Below are positions 11,839 to 25,649 of a stretch of 64,000 nt of DNA, piece after piece (within the stretch, counting starts at the first letter, position 1; every line of letters starts with the position of its first letter). The position numbers and the translations under genes are program-made. This DNA comes from Octopus vulgaris. Its lineage: Eukaryota. The DNA lies in NCBI GenBank assembly GCA_951406725.2, contig OX597832.1:12586001-12650000 (forward strand), read 5' to 3'. Below the pieces are notes generated by a model. It was not told where the DNA came from. It ran no database searches and saw only the letters and a list, made by a program, of their open reading frames with translations.

Positions 11839-12749
11839 GTGTGTGTATGTGCGTGCACGTGTGAGTTTGTGTGTGTACATCGTGGGGTAGAATGGTGAGA
11901 GCACGAGAGGAATCGAGCAAATGGTGTGGCTAGCGGAGCCCACTCGGTACCAAGCAGCCTGGCCAATCCAAGCAATCCAGGCGATATATGTATATATATA
12001 TATACAAATGTATGTGCGCGTGTGTGTGGTTATGTGTGAGTGTGAGACATCATATGAACGTATAAGAATAAATAAAATATCTAATGTTATAAGAAGAGAT
12101 GAGACAACGTGATGCACCGGAGTGTGTAGAGGCTTATGAAATGCGATAGATAATTTGACGTAGAAGAAAATTTTGGTAGACTCCTCCGATAAATATATTG
12201 CAAATTGTCATAAAATGATTATAGCTTATATCTGTCCATGCCAATGCATGCTTTTATTCGCAGTTCACTCTACAGAGAATATAACTAGTAATTTACCGCA
12301 CTTTATGCGTAATATAAAAATAATAAAATGCATAAAATAGGCTTCTTTATATATATGTATATATGCAAACACGCTTATATACATACATACGTATATATGT
12401 GTGTGTGAGTGTGTGTGTATCCTACAGAAAGCTAGAATGTATTATGGCAGCACATTGTCAAATGTTTAAAATGTCAGATAGGAGGCATGGATGTGTCGGA
12501 TCGGGATCCCTGGGCGCCAATCTGTGTTTCGTGATTTCGATTTCAATAAATATATGAAAAAATAAAACAGTCGGTTTCACTTCTTTTATTGCTGATCTTC
12601 TCGTTACTGTCTCAACAGGAAATTCAGCACCAGTCTGAGGAAACGATAAGGAAAAATGCCCAACAAATCTTTATTAACATAAATGGTTACTAGAGATGAT
12701 TGTTAGATTTTGATTTTGTCTCTTGTTCATTTGAAACTATAATCATATT

Positions 12750-13549
12750 ATCTTCTTAGAGCACAAAGTTATATCGCGTCTCCCACGAGTGCACGATAGA
12801 GCATCTTTTGGGAACCGCTAGCTTATGCTGCAATAAGATAAGAAACGAACACAATGAAATGTAGTCTTGCCATTTTTCAACTTGGCAGTAAGACGTTCTG
12901 TACGAGTTGCACATGACAAAATTTTACAGTCAGACATTATACTGTCAACTACATACATCAACAGATTTCAGAAGATAGAGCAATGAAAATACATCAATGA
13001 TTTGCAGTGAATGTTAAGAAACTTGCTGACTATGCAAGTAGACTTTATAAACGGTAAGTAAAACTGAATAGAAATTTTAAGAAATCGGGGTTACGCAAAA
13101 AAATCACTTAGTTGTAAGTACTACCGAAATACGAAATGGATTACAAGAGAGGTAAACAATATTCTTTCGATAAAGTATAATATATCAATCTTGCATAAAA
13201 TATATTGGAGCTTTCTTCATAACAAAAATGAAATCAATAATAACATCATAAAATCGACGTAATCGGATAACACCATGGTATATAGACTTTGAAATACATT
13301 CAAAGGTTATTAGGTACGGGTTAAAGTTATATCAAATATAAAAAAAAAAAAAGAATTGTTTATAGGAAAAGCTTATGGTATCAAGAAATAGTGAAGGAAT
13401 ATTGATAACAGAGGTGCGCGAGTATATTTAGCGCACATGTGAAGCAATGTGTTGAAGGTTAATCACGGGAATCCCAATATCTTACAAGGAGATAAATGCC
13501 TAAAATGCAGCTGAAATATAGAAGGAGTATGGTCATATGAAATGTAGAC

Positions 13550-13550
<1 letters not shown>
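12750..13550 (+). pseudogene. very decayed non-LTR retrotransposon (R4/Dong-like) RT and Zn-knuckle remnants
   Basis: Frame-broken peptides CTIEHLL, VAHDKILQS, KSLW, SEGILI and KVNHGNPNILQGDKCLKCS*NIE resemble RLE-type RT and CCHC regions; ends at an (AAT)n tract. Confidence 0.35.
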
Positions 13551-13591
<41 letters not shown>

Positions 13592-13724
13592 TAAAGTGGA
13601 AAACGATACCGTTCAAGAAAGGCGAAAATGGATTTTAGAAAATGCCTTTCCCTTAGTGATGATGTACTAATATACTAAGCCCTCGATGAAGAAAGGAAAG
13701 AAAACTGTATTGTATATCTCTCTT

Positions 13725-13779
13725 TTCTTCTTCTTCTTCTTCTTCTTCTTCTTCTTCTTCTTCTTCTTCTTCTTCTTCT
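13725..13779. repeat. (CTT)n microsatellite
   Basis: Read directly. Confidence 0.95.
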
Positions 13780-13887
13780 CCTCTCTCAATGAGACCGTGT
13801 ACAAGCCATACGTAGCGTTTGCTCGGTGTACTAACGATTTTGCTAGCTCGCCGCCTTACCTATAATAATGATAATAATAATAACAGT

Positions 13888-14278
13888 CCTTTCTACTAGA
13901 AGCACAAAGCCTCGCATTTCTGGAGTGGGGACTAGACGAGGATATCGACTCCAGTGTTTCACTGGTACTCAATTTATAGACCCCCCTAAAGATGAAAAGC
14001 AAAGTCGACCTCGGCGGAATATGAACTTAAAAGTAGCGCTGGGCAAAATACCTATTTCTTTTCTGCTCACAAGGGGCTAAACACAGAGAGGACAAATAAG
14101 GACAGAAAAACGGATTAAGTCGATTATATCGACCCCAGTGCGTAACTGGTACTTATTTAATCGACCTCGAAAGAATGAAAGGCAAAGTCGACCTCGGCGG
14201 AATTTGAACTCAGGACGTAGCGGCAGAAGAAATACCGCTAAGCATTTCGGCCAACGTGCAAACGATTCTGCCGGCTCA
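13888..14278 (-). mobile_element. SINE family A dimer (head-core-tailX-core-tailY)
   Basis: AAAGTCGACCTCGGCGGAAT occurs twice, joined through AAATACCTATTTCTTT. Reverse-complement head AACGATTCTGCCGGCTC. An extra head fragment lies at ~13805-13858. Confidence 0.9.
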
Positions 14279-15194
14279 ATAACTTTCAGGTTGTATAGGA
14301 GTGAAAATAAATGATAAGGCAAGATTCCCCTTCAGTTGTCAAACAACAAACGTAACATTTGCAGGAAATGAATACGAATAGGTGCCCCCTGATTATCATT
14401 ATATGCTTATTACACGTGTTGATTAGAACGTACACTTTAGATATATGAGTCATACTAATTTCTTCAAGTTTACCCTTATAGTTTCTTATTCCTCATTTTA
14501 TATGTAACGTCATTTCCCGGTTTTTATTCGAAAAGTAGTTTATCTTTTTTTTTTCCGCTCAGATGAAAGGTGGGGTAGTATTTTCGATAATATAAAACTA
14601 CACAATACCTGAATTTAGCAATGAATTAAAATTTAAGAAATGAAAGAATGCGTAATTTCATAGAATGAATAATTATTCATGTAGCATTAAAACTGAGGTT
14701 GAAATAGGAAATAAATCGAAAGTAAAATAATAATAAAAAATTCAAATTTATTGCAGTAACCGTAAAATCGTATGTGATTTTCTACATACAAGTAATTTTG
14801 CAATTAATTGAACAGTCCCTTTTCTTCAGTGAAAGATTACCGGATATGTTTTGACAGATTCTAAACTATTCATTAAACTAGTCCCCTTATTTTTTGTACA
14901 TGTTTCATCCGAAATCTTTCTTAAGCATTTAAAAGAGACAAGATACAAAAAAAAAATAAAGAAAATATATATATAATACACATTCATTAAATGAAACATT
15001 TAAAGTATTTAACAAGAGACGAAGGAACAAAATATTCAAGGAAATCTTTAATAGAACCCGATTCTGTAAAGGTGAAATCATTTGATTATGATATGATAAT
15101 GTTTTTTCATTATCTTCATCATCAACTTCCTCATAAAACTCATCATCGTCGTTGACATTCTCTTTATCTTTGCCCTTTATATGTATGGTTATTA

Positions 15195-15237
<43 letters not shown>

Positions 15238-16492
15238 CACCGTCATCATCATCATCTTCACAATTATTGGACTTCTGCCGCAGTGCGTCGGTAATTTTAT
15301 GGCGAAAGAAATAAAAGAACCGGTTTATCTTTAGTATTTTGTTTCCGTATTTCTAACAGGAACAACATCCCCCCTGCATTAATAAAAGCTGCCTTCTTTC
15401 TTTTTCTCATTTTTTCTTTACAACTGAGTCTTGAAAATAAGGATTATACAATGTAGATAAAATAATGCTAAGTTTGAACATCAGAATTGAATACAACATT
15501 CTTTATCTCTGATATAAGCGATCTTTGAAACGTCATTGAATGACTGCACAATTTCCTATGAAACTTTCTCTCTCTCTCACACACACACATACACTGACAC
15601 ACACACACAAATTCTTATTGATGTATGGCATATTATACAAGAAGTGAAACTGCAAAACAGGGCGTACATATCAGCAAAAAATATCTTTCTATTGTGTTGT
15701 GTTGTCAAAATCAGTTTAATACTTAAAAGAAGCGATTTCAATTGACTTACGTTATATCTCAAAACTATAAACATTATCATAGGTCCATTCCTTCTACAAC
15801 TGAATAACAAAATAAAATGAAATTTTAAAATGCGATTTAATACTGCGTAGTATAAATGGTGTACGTAATAAGTTGATTTTCCCGCGATAAAATTGTTTCT
15901 ATAAAAGCGTTAAGATTATGAATTACGATGATATTTCAGCATTGTAATTGTAATAAAACATTCAGGAATCTAGAATGTTGGACAATTAGGGACAAATAAG
16001 TTGTGAAGTTTTAATGATTTAAATGACTTAGTTTGAATGACTTAGGAGATCAGCTGAGCCACATACATTGTGAGTGTATGAACGTAAACACACCAAGTGC
16101 TTGAAAAAAACACTCAGATACTTTTGAAATCACACCCTATCTTATCAAAAAGATGAACTGTAAAAACATGTGAAGTTTACGAATTGAATTCGAGTTATTT
16201 TACTGACGGCAAAACACCGGCTGACCTTTCATTCTAGCGTCGTAACATGCACTGCGGCGATTGGCGGTCTAGTGATACCGGGTTGAGCAGTCTCAAGCAG
16301 ATAAAGTAATGAATGATCTCCATTAGGTCTCTGCCCGTATCTATAGTGGTGACAACTTCTGGCATTCTGATTATCTGAAACAGTCAACCTAAGTAGTTTG
16401 TAAGAAATAAAGATCGTTAACAACACTTATTGTAATTTCTTTTTCGCCGCATCTCATCGAAATATCATGCCCTGGCACTGCATCAGGGCATT

Positions 16493-16612
<120 letters not shown>

Positions 16613-19600
16613 CGGCTCTGTGAGAGTAAACTCAGCAATGAAATTTATGTTTTACAATATACGTGTGCCTATCAGAAACATAAAGTAGGTCTCCATACTT
16701 ATATACTTATGACTGTTTCTGTTCTGCGTTCAAATTATACCAATGTTAAATTTGTCTACATATAATATCAATACTAATCAAGTATTAACTTTCATATATG
16801 CTTATCTAACATATCATTGATGTGAGTTGAATTACAATAGAAGTCATAGATAATATTTAATTATTTCATTCGGACAAGGCCTACATAAAATATTAGTTTT
16901 CGCAGTTTGAAATAGATTTATTTCTCGCGTAATGTTTCGAGTAAAACAAATCATATATTTACTTTGATAATTTAACCGAACAATATCAACATTTTCCACT
17001 GTATTTTAGCATCTAAATTATCATGTTTGCTCATGTATTGATTTGACACAGTTATTTAGACTCTTTTAAGAGTACTTCAATAAAACAGAAAGGAATGTTC
17101 TCTGTACATGTTATATTAAAACTTTTAATTTTATGCATTTCGTTTGAAATATTTGTAAAGCTTTTTTCTTCTGGGAAAACTAAAATTGCTTTTTCTCTCA
17201 TTTCGGTATAATGCGACATTAAAGTATTACATTTAGACAACTTCAATTACGAGAATATTGGGATAAATTTTGTTTCGACCTGAAAATCAATCATATATAT
17301 AATGTAAGGACATTGTTATATAAGATTAAGTAGCTTTGAAATGTATATTTTATCAAATGTCTCTGTTCAATATATTATTTGGAAAAACATAATTCCTAAC
17401 TTCTTGTATAAAATTAATATTAAAACTTTAGGAAAATATCTGGGCTGCACAATATGCTATATTTTTTTAAAACAAAATATTAAAAGCATGTCTGTGCAAT
17501 TGAGAATTACAATAGGCAGTTTCATCGTTCCGGATTCAATCTCAAAACGCGTTACTTTGTGCACACTTTTTCTACCATAGCATCAGGGTAACCAATAAAT
17601 TACAATGAGAATTTGTTGAATAGAAGCTGTGCACAAACCAGTAATACAGGGTGGACCAAAAAGTAGGTTTATACTCATCAGGTAGACATTTTAAATACAT
17701 TTTAAAACATTTTATTACATTTGAATTTGCATAAGGCTCACAGCATTTAATCTATTGCAACGGCCTGGGCTTCAAGGGCTCACAGCTTTTTAATATTCTC
17801 CCAAAGAGTCTGAGGAACTTGCAAAAAGTAGATGTAGCGGTTGTTATATTAAAGCTAGACATATTCCTGTCGAGAGTCCCAGATGAACCTATCTCACGGC
17901 AAGAGGTGCAAATGAAGGTAGCTATATCAAACTCCATTCTTCACCAAGTGCCACATATTAGAGGAGGCTCTTAGTAATAACAGTGTAGCACAAAACGGCG
18001 GTGCATCAGCATGGCCGCAGCTCTGAACTGAAACAAGACAAAAAAACATGTATGTATAAATAGATTGCTAAGTACAAATGGAAACACGCAAGATAGAGAG
18101 TTGCTGAAGAGTTCGAAGGATGCGATACAATACAAATTAAAGTATAAATAATATACGTATATTCATACTCAGATTTCTACATATAAGATGCTTACTAGTA
18201 ACAGCTTCTTTTGATTGTACTTGCATAGTTTTTCGGCATCCGATGTATTTTTTCTCTTGTATTATAGAATTACATAGCACGTTTTAAAATAAAAATATGC
18301 ATGCAAACATTCAAACGTCATCGGTATATTTACCACCATAGTGACATAACTCCTCCACCAACAAAATCTATTACGTAAGATAAATAATCTTAAAAAAAGA
18401 ACTTTCTAGAGAAATTATAGTTACTTTAGAAAATGTTGATATTTAATGTTCAAGAGAAAATATCACAAGATGCTATTTTCATTAGAAGCAAACACACGGA
18501 ATACATCACTTTTATGGTATTCTCTAAGGAAAATTAATTGCTTTATACCAGGATGACACAGACGCGAAAAATTTCAAGATGAACTCCACTAATAACCTGT
18601 TGTTGTTGTTTTTTTTTATCGTTCTGACATTTTAGTGTTGCATATTATTAAATGAAGAACAAACGCGGTGAAAGGAAGTAAAGCACTCTGGTGATTACGT
18701 GACTAAACATTTACGAAGATTTATGACTGAGAGTTAAGGGATGAACTTTCGGCCTTTTCTTTTTTTTAAACCTTATCAACGTTCTCGTATAAAACTAAAT
18801 ATTTCAAAGGGCTTCGTATTCTTTCATCATTACATGCATCAGGATTGAACACAAAATTGTCTATTTCATTGATAGTTTAAGCAGCGCTATTATTTGCTAG
18901 GACAACGAAAAATAGCTGTGTTCATGCCAACGACAAACAGCATCAACAACACATACACACACCACATATATATTTGCATACATGTGTGTGTACGTATTTA
19001 TATATATATATCAATGAAATGTTATATATTTGCTGCATATCATGACAGGAACATTTACAAGAGCAAAGAGTAATTTATAAGTCAGCTAAGATATACTGTC
19101 AATAAAAAAGAAAGCGATCTCTTTAACATTTTGCAATTGAGACATACACCCACGTACTTACACGTGCACACATATTTATTTATATATTCCTATATACATA
19201 TATACTGGAATACATTTCATCATTCATCACAAATTGTTTGAAACGGTATGCGGACATATATATAGTAGACAATTGTTGTATTTAATGTGTGTTTCAGGTA
19301 TTTGTTTTGAGATCGAATGTGGAGCATGAAGTGAACACTTCCCTAAAATGTTGTAGAATCTGAAAGAAAATGTAAAATATAAAAAAATTCCTTCACGTTG
19401 TTGCTAACCTATCATTATACAGTTCTATACTAAAAACCGTTTTTTGTTAGGAAACGGGAGATTGTTTTTCTCTAAGCATTGCAGAACCAGCAAAACGTTT
19501 ACAATTGAATAACTTTTCAATTATTAATCAGTGAATCAGTGATTAGTTCCTCGTTGTATTCAGCTACTATGAATGTGATGTTATGGACAATCAGACACCT

Positions 19601-19806
19601 AAATGCCAGCTTTGACTCGATATGATCGTATTGAAAAATCTCTGCTTTTCGAATCAATTGATCGTAACGAGAATGTTGTGCCTAACTAGCGTCCAGCAGA
19701 GCTATCATCTATATTTCAGTAGGGACAAAATGAAAGAAAAAAAAAGGAGAGGCTTATCATTTGCATGCAAATGTTGTCAACTGCATATTTTTTTGTGTTT
19801 GAATTA

Positions 19807-20456
19807 GATCTAATTCCGTGTTCAACTTGAGAGCTGCTAAGCCATAGGCAGAAAAATCTGTTTCTGGTCCCTAGAGGGTGTCCCTATGCAGTCAATTATT
19901 TTGAGAGAAAGTGTAATCAAATAGCTCTCGATTTAGGGTCAACAAACGGAAACAAAGTATCTTTAAAGAGCGAGGGCATCATCGTACGGCCCAATCTTCA
20001 GCTTCTTACTCAATACGCATAGAAACTGACTTGTTTGATAACGTAATCAGTTTTACACATTGTCTGAATGTAAAGCGTGATGGTCATGGATGGAATGACC
20101 TTGCTCATATCTTTCCTTTATACAAAACTGATTTAATTCGGTTTTCAACTTGAGAGGTGCTAAGCCAATGGCAGAAAAAAAACTGTTCCTGGTCCCTTGT
20201 AGGTGTCCCTATGCAGTCAGTTATTTTCAGAGAAAGTGTAATCAAATAGCTCTCGATTTAGGGTCAACAAACGGAAACAAAGTACCTTTAAGGAGTTCAG
20301 GGATCATTGTTCGGCTCAATCGTCTGCTCCTTAGTCAATACGCATAAAAACTGACTTGTTTGATAACGTAATCAGTTTTACACATTGCCTGAATATAAAG
20401 CGTGATGCTCATGGTTGGAATGACCTTGCTCCTATCTTTGCTTTATACAAAACTGA
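19807..20456. repeat. direct tandem duplication, 2 x ~323 bp
   Basis: TTCAACTTGAGAG...CAAATAGCTCTCGATTTAGGGTCAACAAACGGAAACAAAGTA...TTTATACAAAACTGA is present twice head-to-tail with scattered substitutions. Confidence 0.95.
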
Positions 20457-21849
20457 CGCAAAGTACAAGTTGTAATATTCAAAATCATTAGTTGTATCAA
20501 TCTTACTAGTCTCGCATGATTTGCGAGGTCGATAGACTTTACTATAGTACAAACCAATAAAATGAAACTGAAAACCTCAACAGCAGCAACAAAAACAATT
20601 ATACACAAAACAAACAAGAAATGGAACGGTTACAGCTTGAGGGCGTTTTATGATGTGTCTACACGAGCAAGACAGATTAACCTACTAGTAAGCAATAACA
20701 AAGTAAGACTAAAATCGGGCGATGATAAATCAATATTTGTAAGGATTAATTTATATGTGTGCTGCATAACTATAGTAATAATAGCAGCAGCATAGGATCT
20801 CAACGGGTAAATATAAAGTAAATAATATTATCGGATTGAAACTAAGTAATGATGTAAACATTTTACGGACTATTGATTTGAAGGTGAAATAAGAAAAGTA
20901 TTCGTACACACACATACACACATACACGCAAACACATACGAGCGCACGATGGCACATATATCCATAGATAGAAAGGTAGATAAATAGATACTTACATATA
21001 TACATAGATACGTACATATATAATATATACTACGTACATGCATACATTTATACGTACGTACATACAAACGTACACGCATGAACGACAGCCTTTATTTCAT
21101 ATCACTACAATTGTTTCGATATATCGTTAAACCCGTAGTGCATTGGTGAAATGATATAATTAACACATTTCTTAATAACTACCAAATATCTTAGGTGTAA
21201 AACGTGTTTCTTCAGGTGGTTACTTTGAATACGTCCATTGAAAGACTAGGCTGTCTTTTCACTCTATACAAGTATGACAAAATGTCTGCAAAGAGTTGCA
21301 GACAAAACTAAACCCATAGATAAAATGACAGACAAAACAAAAGTATAATCAAAATAGAAAAACAAAGACACAAAGCGCCCCAAAATTCCGTCTCCTATAA
21401 ACTATAAATAACAAATCTAAAGAAAAGGAAGAATGGAATTAAGCCTTCATAGATCATAATACTGGTTGACTATTTACTTGAATGGGGGATACATATATGT
21501 TCATACATGTATACACACACAAATACAGATACATGTATATAACTATGTTGGCTGCGGAGGAAAATCCCATTTGTATTAAACTGCAATTCGTAGAGCAGTT
21601 ACGCCACTCTTTGTTGTTAATTTTCACTGTTTGTTTACATTATGTTTTGGAGTAATTTTGTTGGATTACAAAGATGTTTAGGTCACTTCAGATTCTAGGT
21701 ACAATTACTTACAGAGGAAGATATAGTTTTTTTTAAATTCTTATATGTGAATGATTGTGTTTTAGTATCGTCAATTTTATGTTATAAGCGTGACCATTAT
21801 TGGGCCCCAAAGTAGTGTTGTGGAGTGGATAGTTAGCATTAGACTGCAC

Positions 21850-22046
21850 ACCAAGAAACTCTATCACAACATCAACCACTGAACAACAGCATCGGAGAAT
21901 TCGTCAAGACAACACTTGGTTCGACAGAGATGTCTCCTTTCTCAAGTGCTCTTCAACATCTTCCTAGGGAACAACATGCAGGAGACACTAGAACACATCT
22001 ACCCCATTATTTCCGTTAGAGGACGGCCCATTTCCAACGTGACTTT
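21850..22046 (+). pseudogene. RTE-clade LINE reverse transcriptase fragment
   Basis: NNSIGEFVKTTLG/RQRCLLSQVLFNIFLGNNMQETLEHIYPIISVRGRPISNVTF with one frameshift; matches the GVRQGCxLSPxLFN...GRxIxNLRFADD region. Confidence 0.85.
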
Positions 22047-22964
22047 TCTGTGTAAAGCAGCTGCCATTTATTTTAGGAATTTGGAGGTTTAACTTTATGA
22101 ATCAAATTTCCACTGGAGGTCGTATGTAACTGTCTCTTGTATTGACACACTTACCTCATATTTTATTTTATATTTGTTTTCTATTTATAAATATCAACAT
22201 TTAATTATGTTTTATTGCCTGTAATGTATGGTGGTCTATAACTATCTCATAATTTTGCCTGTTGTAAAGAAAGAAGCTAATACACAATTATAAAATATTA
22301 CGCCAAAATATTTCCCAATAATCCTTACTAAGAAATTATGTGCAATGTGCATTAGAATGGACAAGACTATAAATTAAGCCTTCGCTATAACATATCTAAC
22401 AATCTCGTCCCATATTTCGCCCAGCCTTTCTGTCTCCACACTTTCCCTACCAGCATCTACCTACGATCACATTTCGAAAGATTTATTAGCAATATTCTTA
22501 TCTGAAGCTCGTAACCGATGAGAACACCCACATATAATTACATTACACCCGAAAGTACATACACGAAAACATGTGTATCTATATCATCATACTCATACTA
22601 GGAATGTTATCTACGGCCATTTAATTAGAATACATGCGCAGGAATATCTATAAACATACATATTATTCCATTATTAACTAAACAGTTAAGTAACTGACAT
22701 TTAAATTATAATGTCAAAGTAATGCTAACATCTAACATATCTTTTTTATGCTATTCTTGAAACCCATCTTTAAATTGTTTATACAAACTAGCCTTCAGCA
22801 TATTCGTATCAATTCACCTAATTACAACATACAATATTTTTTATGCCTTCAACGAGGAAATTCTAATATCAATATAGGTATAATTACAGTAACAACCATT
22901 ACCCAAGTCAATTAATTTGCTTTATGTGTTTAAATACATACATACATACATACATACATGCATA

Positions 22965-23009
<45 letters not shown>

Positions 23010-23371
23010 GTGGTGTGTAACTACTCAATCTGGTTCATTATAAGATCTCTAGATTCTGCGGTCTCTTTGTGCCTAATATTATCCTCCATAGATAACTAAA
23101 CATGATTTATAAAATTTTACTTTAAGTGGTAATACATTACTGTATATACTAATATTAAAATGTCCATAATCTGTTCCATACATACGTACAAGTCTGAAGA
23201 AATAATATTTCCTCTTTATTTTTGTTTAAAATTGTTGAAGAGGAACGTAAATTTCCATGCATATAATCGTTTCAAGAAAAGAACTATAGTGAATGTGGGC
23301 TTGAAAATTTAAGGCCGTAATTCGTTTTTATTTTCCTGTACTTTATACACACATACACAGATACATATGAG

Positions 23372-23698
23372 TTTTTACACTATTTACATTTGACGGATAT
23401 TTGTCCTCATCTTGTTTATTGTTAACACAGCATTTTGGCTGATATACAATCCAGCCTTCATCAGGTGTCTTGGGGAAATTTCGAAAAGCAGTGACACGAG
23501 GAGATATTGATAAATCTGGTATAGCTGATCATATATGGAAAAATAGAGACTACCTACGCCTGTGGGATGAAGTTAAATTAATAGGCAGAGAACACCACTG
23601 GAAAGTACGAAAACTAAAAGAAACAGTACATATGCTAGCCTCCTAAGTAGATCGAGTGGAGATATGAATAGCACATGGGAGCCGGTATTAAGTAAGTA
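23372..23698 (+). mobile_element. Penelope-like element remnant: GIY-YIG endonuclease C-terminus plus inverted terminal segment
   Basis: From 23482: RKAVTRGDIDKSGIADHIWKNRDYLRLWDEVKLIGREHHWKVRKLKETVHML, then after a frameshift LLSRSSGDMNSTWEPVLSK*. This fits the PLE pattern SxIAxH...W...R.hKE. A hammerhead-like motif lies upstream on the opposite strand. Confidence 0.85.
23424..23469 (-). ncRNA. degenerate minimal type I hammerhead ribozyme
   Basis: Reverse complement GACAC CTGATGA A GGCTG-N10-CAGCC AAAAT GCT GTGTT. Stems I and II pair; CGAAACG appears changed to CAAAATG by two CpG transitions. Confidence 0.65.
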
Positions 23699-24353
23699 AG
23701 GAAAATAATAGATTTATAAACCCTAAAATTCACTCCATAATTGCATATGGCATAGTGTACATCATTTAAATTTTGGATTGAAGTAGAAATATACATCAAG
23801 TTATGTATGTATATTTACGTTTCCTTTTGAAGTTAGAATACATTTTGACCGGTCACCTACTTGTGAGAAGGGTTGTGAAGGGAAGTATCTTGTTCAATTC
23901 ATCAGTCTTGAAAGTCCTACAGATTTACATCACATCACCATCATTTCTGGTGTGTGAATTGAGGACCTGCGTTGTCTCCCAAAGAACGCAACTTCAGCCA
24001 TATTTTGCTCCACTTAGATTAGTATATAACATGTTGCTCCAATGATATTACATATGAAGCTGAAAATATAGATTCTGCTCTGGATTACAAGCTATTTCTT
24101 AAAGGTTCATAGACAGCCTTTTTCTCTTGTAATTTTCTAACAATATTCGTGCCTATAGAGTAGCTGATTTCCGCATGGATACAAACACACACACAAACAC
24201 GCACACACACAGGCACACACACACACACACACTTATATGTACGTGTATATACGCATATCTACACACATATATGCAGGTATGTATACGTTTATCTACATTA
24301 ACTAAAGACACACACATATGCATACAGACATACATAGATGCATACATATACAT

Positions 24354-24458
<105 letters not shown>

Positions 24459-24496
24459 TAGATAGATAGATAGATTGATAGATAGATAGATAGGTG

Positions 24497-24542
<46 letters not shown>

Positions 24543-25079
24543 CACACAAAATCATACACCATGTCTGCATATATATTCATTATAGAACATGTGAGTATAT
24601 GCGTGAATATATAGATATCTCACAGATTGATGCATGTGATCAAAATTAGACGAAGGAAGGTTGACTTCATACACTGACTTCAAAAGCAGTGAAGTGAACA
24701 ATAAATCTAACAAAATTTCCTAAGATGAGAAAAGATATTACGAAGAAAAGTATATAAGTAGCAAAATTATATATTTGAAATTATAGAAAATAAGCCATCC
24801 AGTTAAGTATTGTAACATCAAATAAAGCTAACCAAGGAAGCATACTAAGTCACTATAATTCTTAAGTAATGCGAGAAACTAAAGCTTTCATCACGCTAAA
24901 GTACTTTATGTCAAAAAATACAAAAGTACTGTGAAATCAAATATACATATTCAAAATCGGATATAATAAGGTAACAATAGTTCATAACTACATACGTACA
25001 TGGATATTATTACATGCGTAGACATTTTATATATATATGTATATGCATATATATATGCATGCATATATATATATGTATG

Positions 25080-25113
<34 letters not shown>

Positions 25114-25137
25114 TATGTATGCATATATATATATATA

Positions 25138-25197
<60 letters not shown>

Positions 25198-25595
25198 AAG
25201 GCGTGTATGCATATATATCTGAGAGTACGATATCTGTGATTGTCTGCATCTGTGTCTATATATGTATGCGTATATGCAATTATATATAAGTATAGGCACG
25301 CAAACGTTCGCACTCACGCACATACATATGTGTATGCGTATATCACGTATGTATTTTATGAGAGACAGGGAGGCATGCAAAAATAGTGTAAGAATAAACA
25401 CAGATGAATTTAATCATGAATTGTAATAACTTCAGTCTTGTTAATACCGCCATGTCTAACATTTTACACATTACCTTATACCGCTTGGTAGGTCAGGCGC
25501 ATATTATAAACATATAAATACTTATACATTCACACAAACACACACACACACACACTCACGTATACATATATGTCTACGTACATATATATATACAT

Positions 25596-25649
<54 letters not shown>

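Noticed and set aside
17645-17675. TACAGGGTGGACCAAAAAGTAGG, a Tc1/mariner-like TIR
   Set aside because: No partner TIR or transposase sequence was found nearby.
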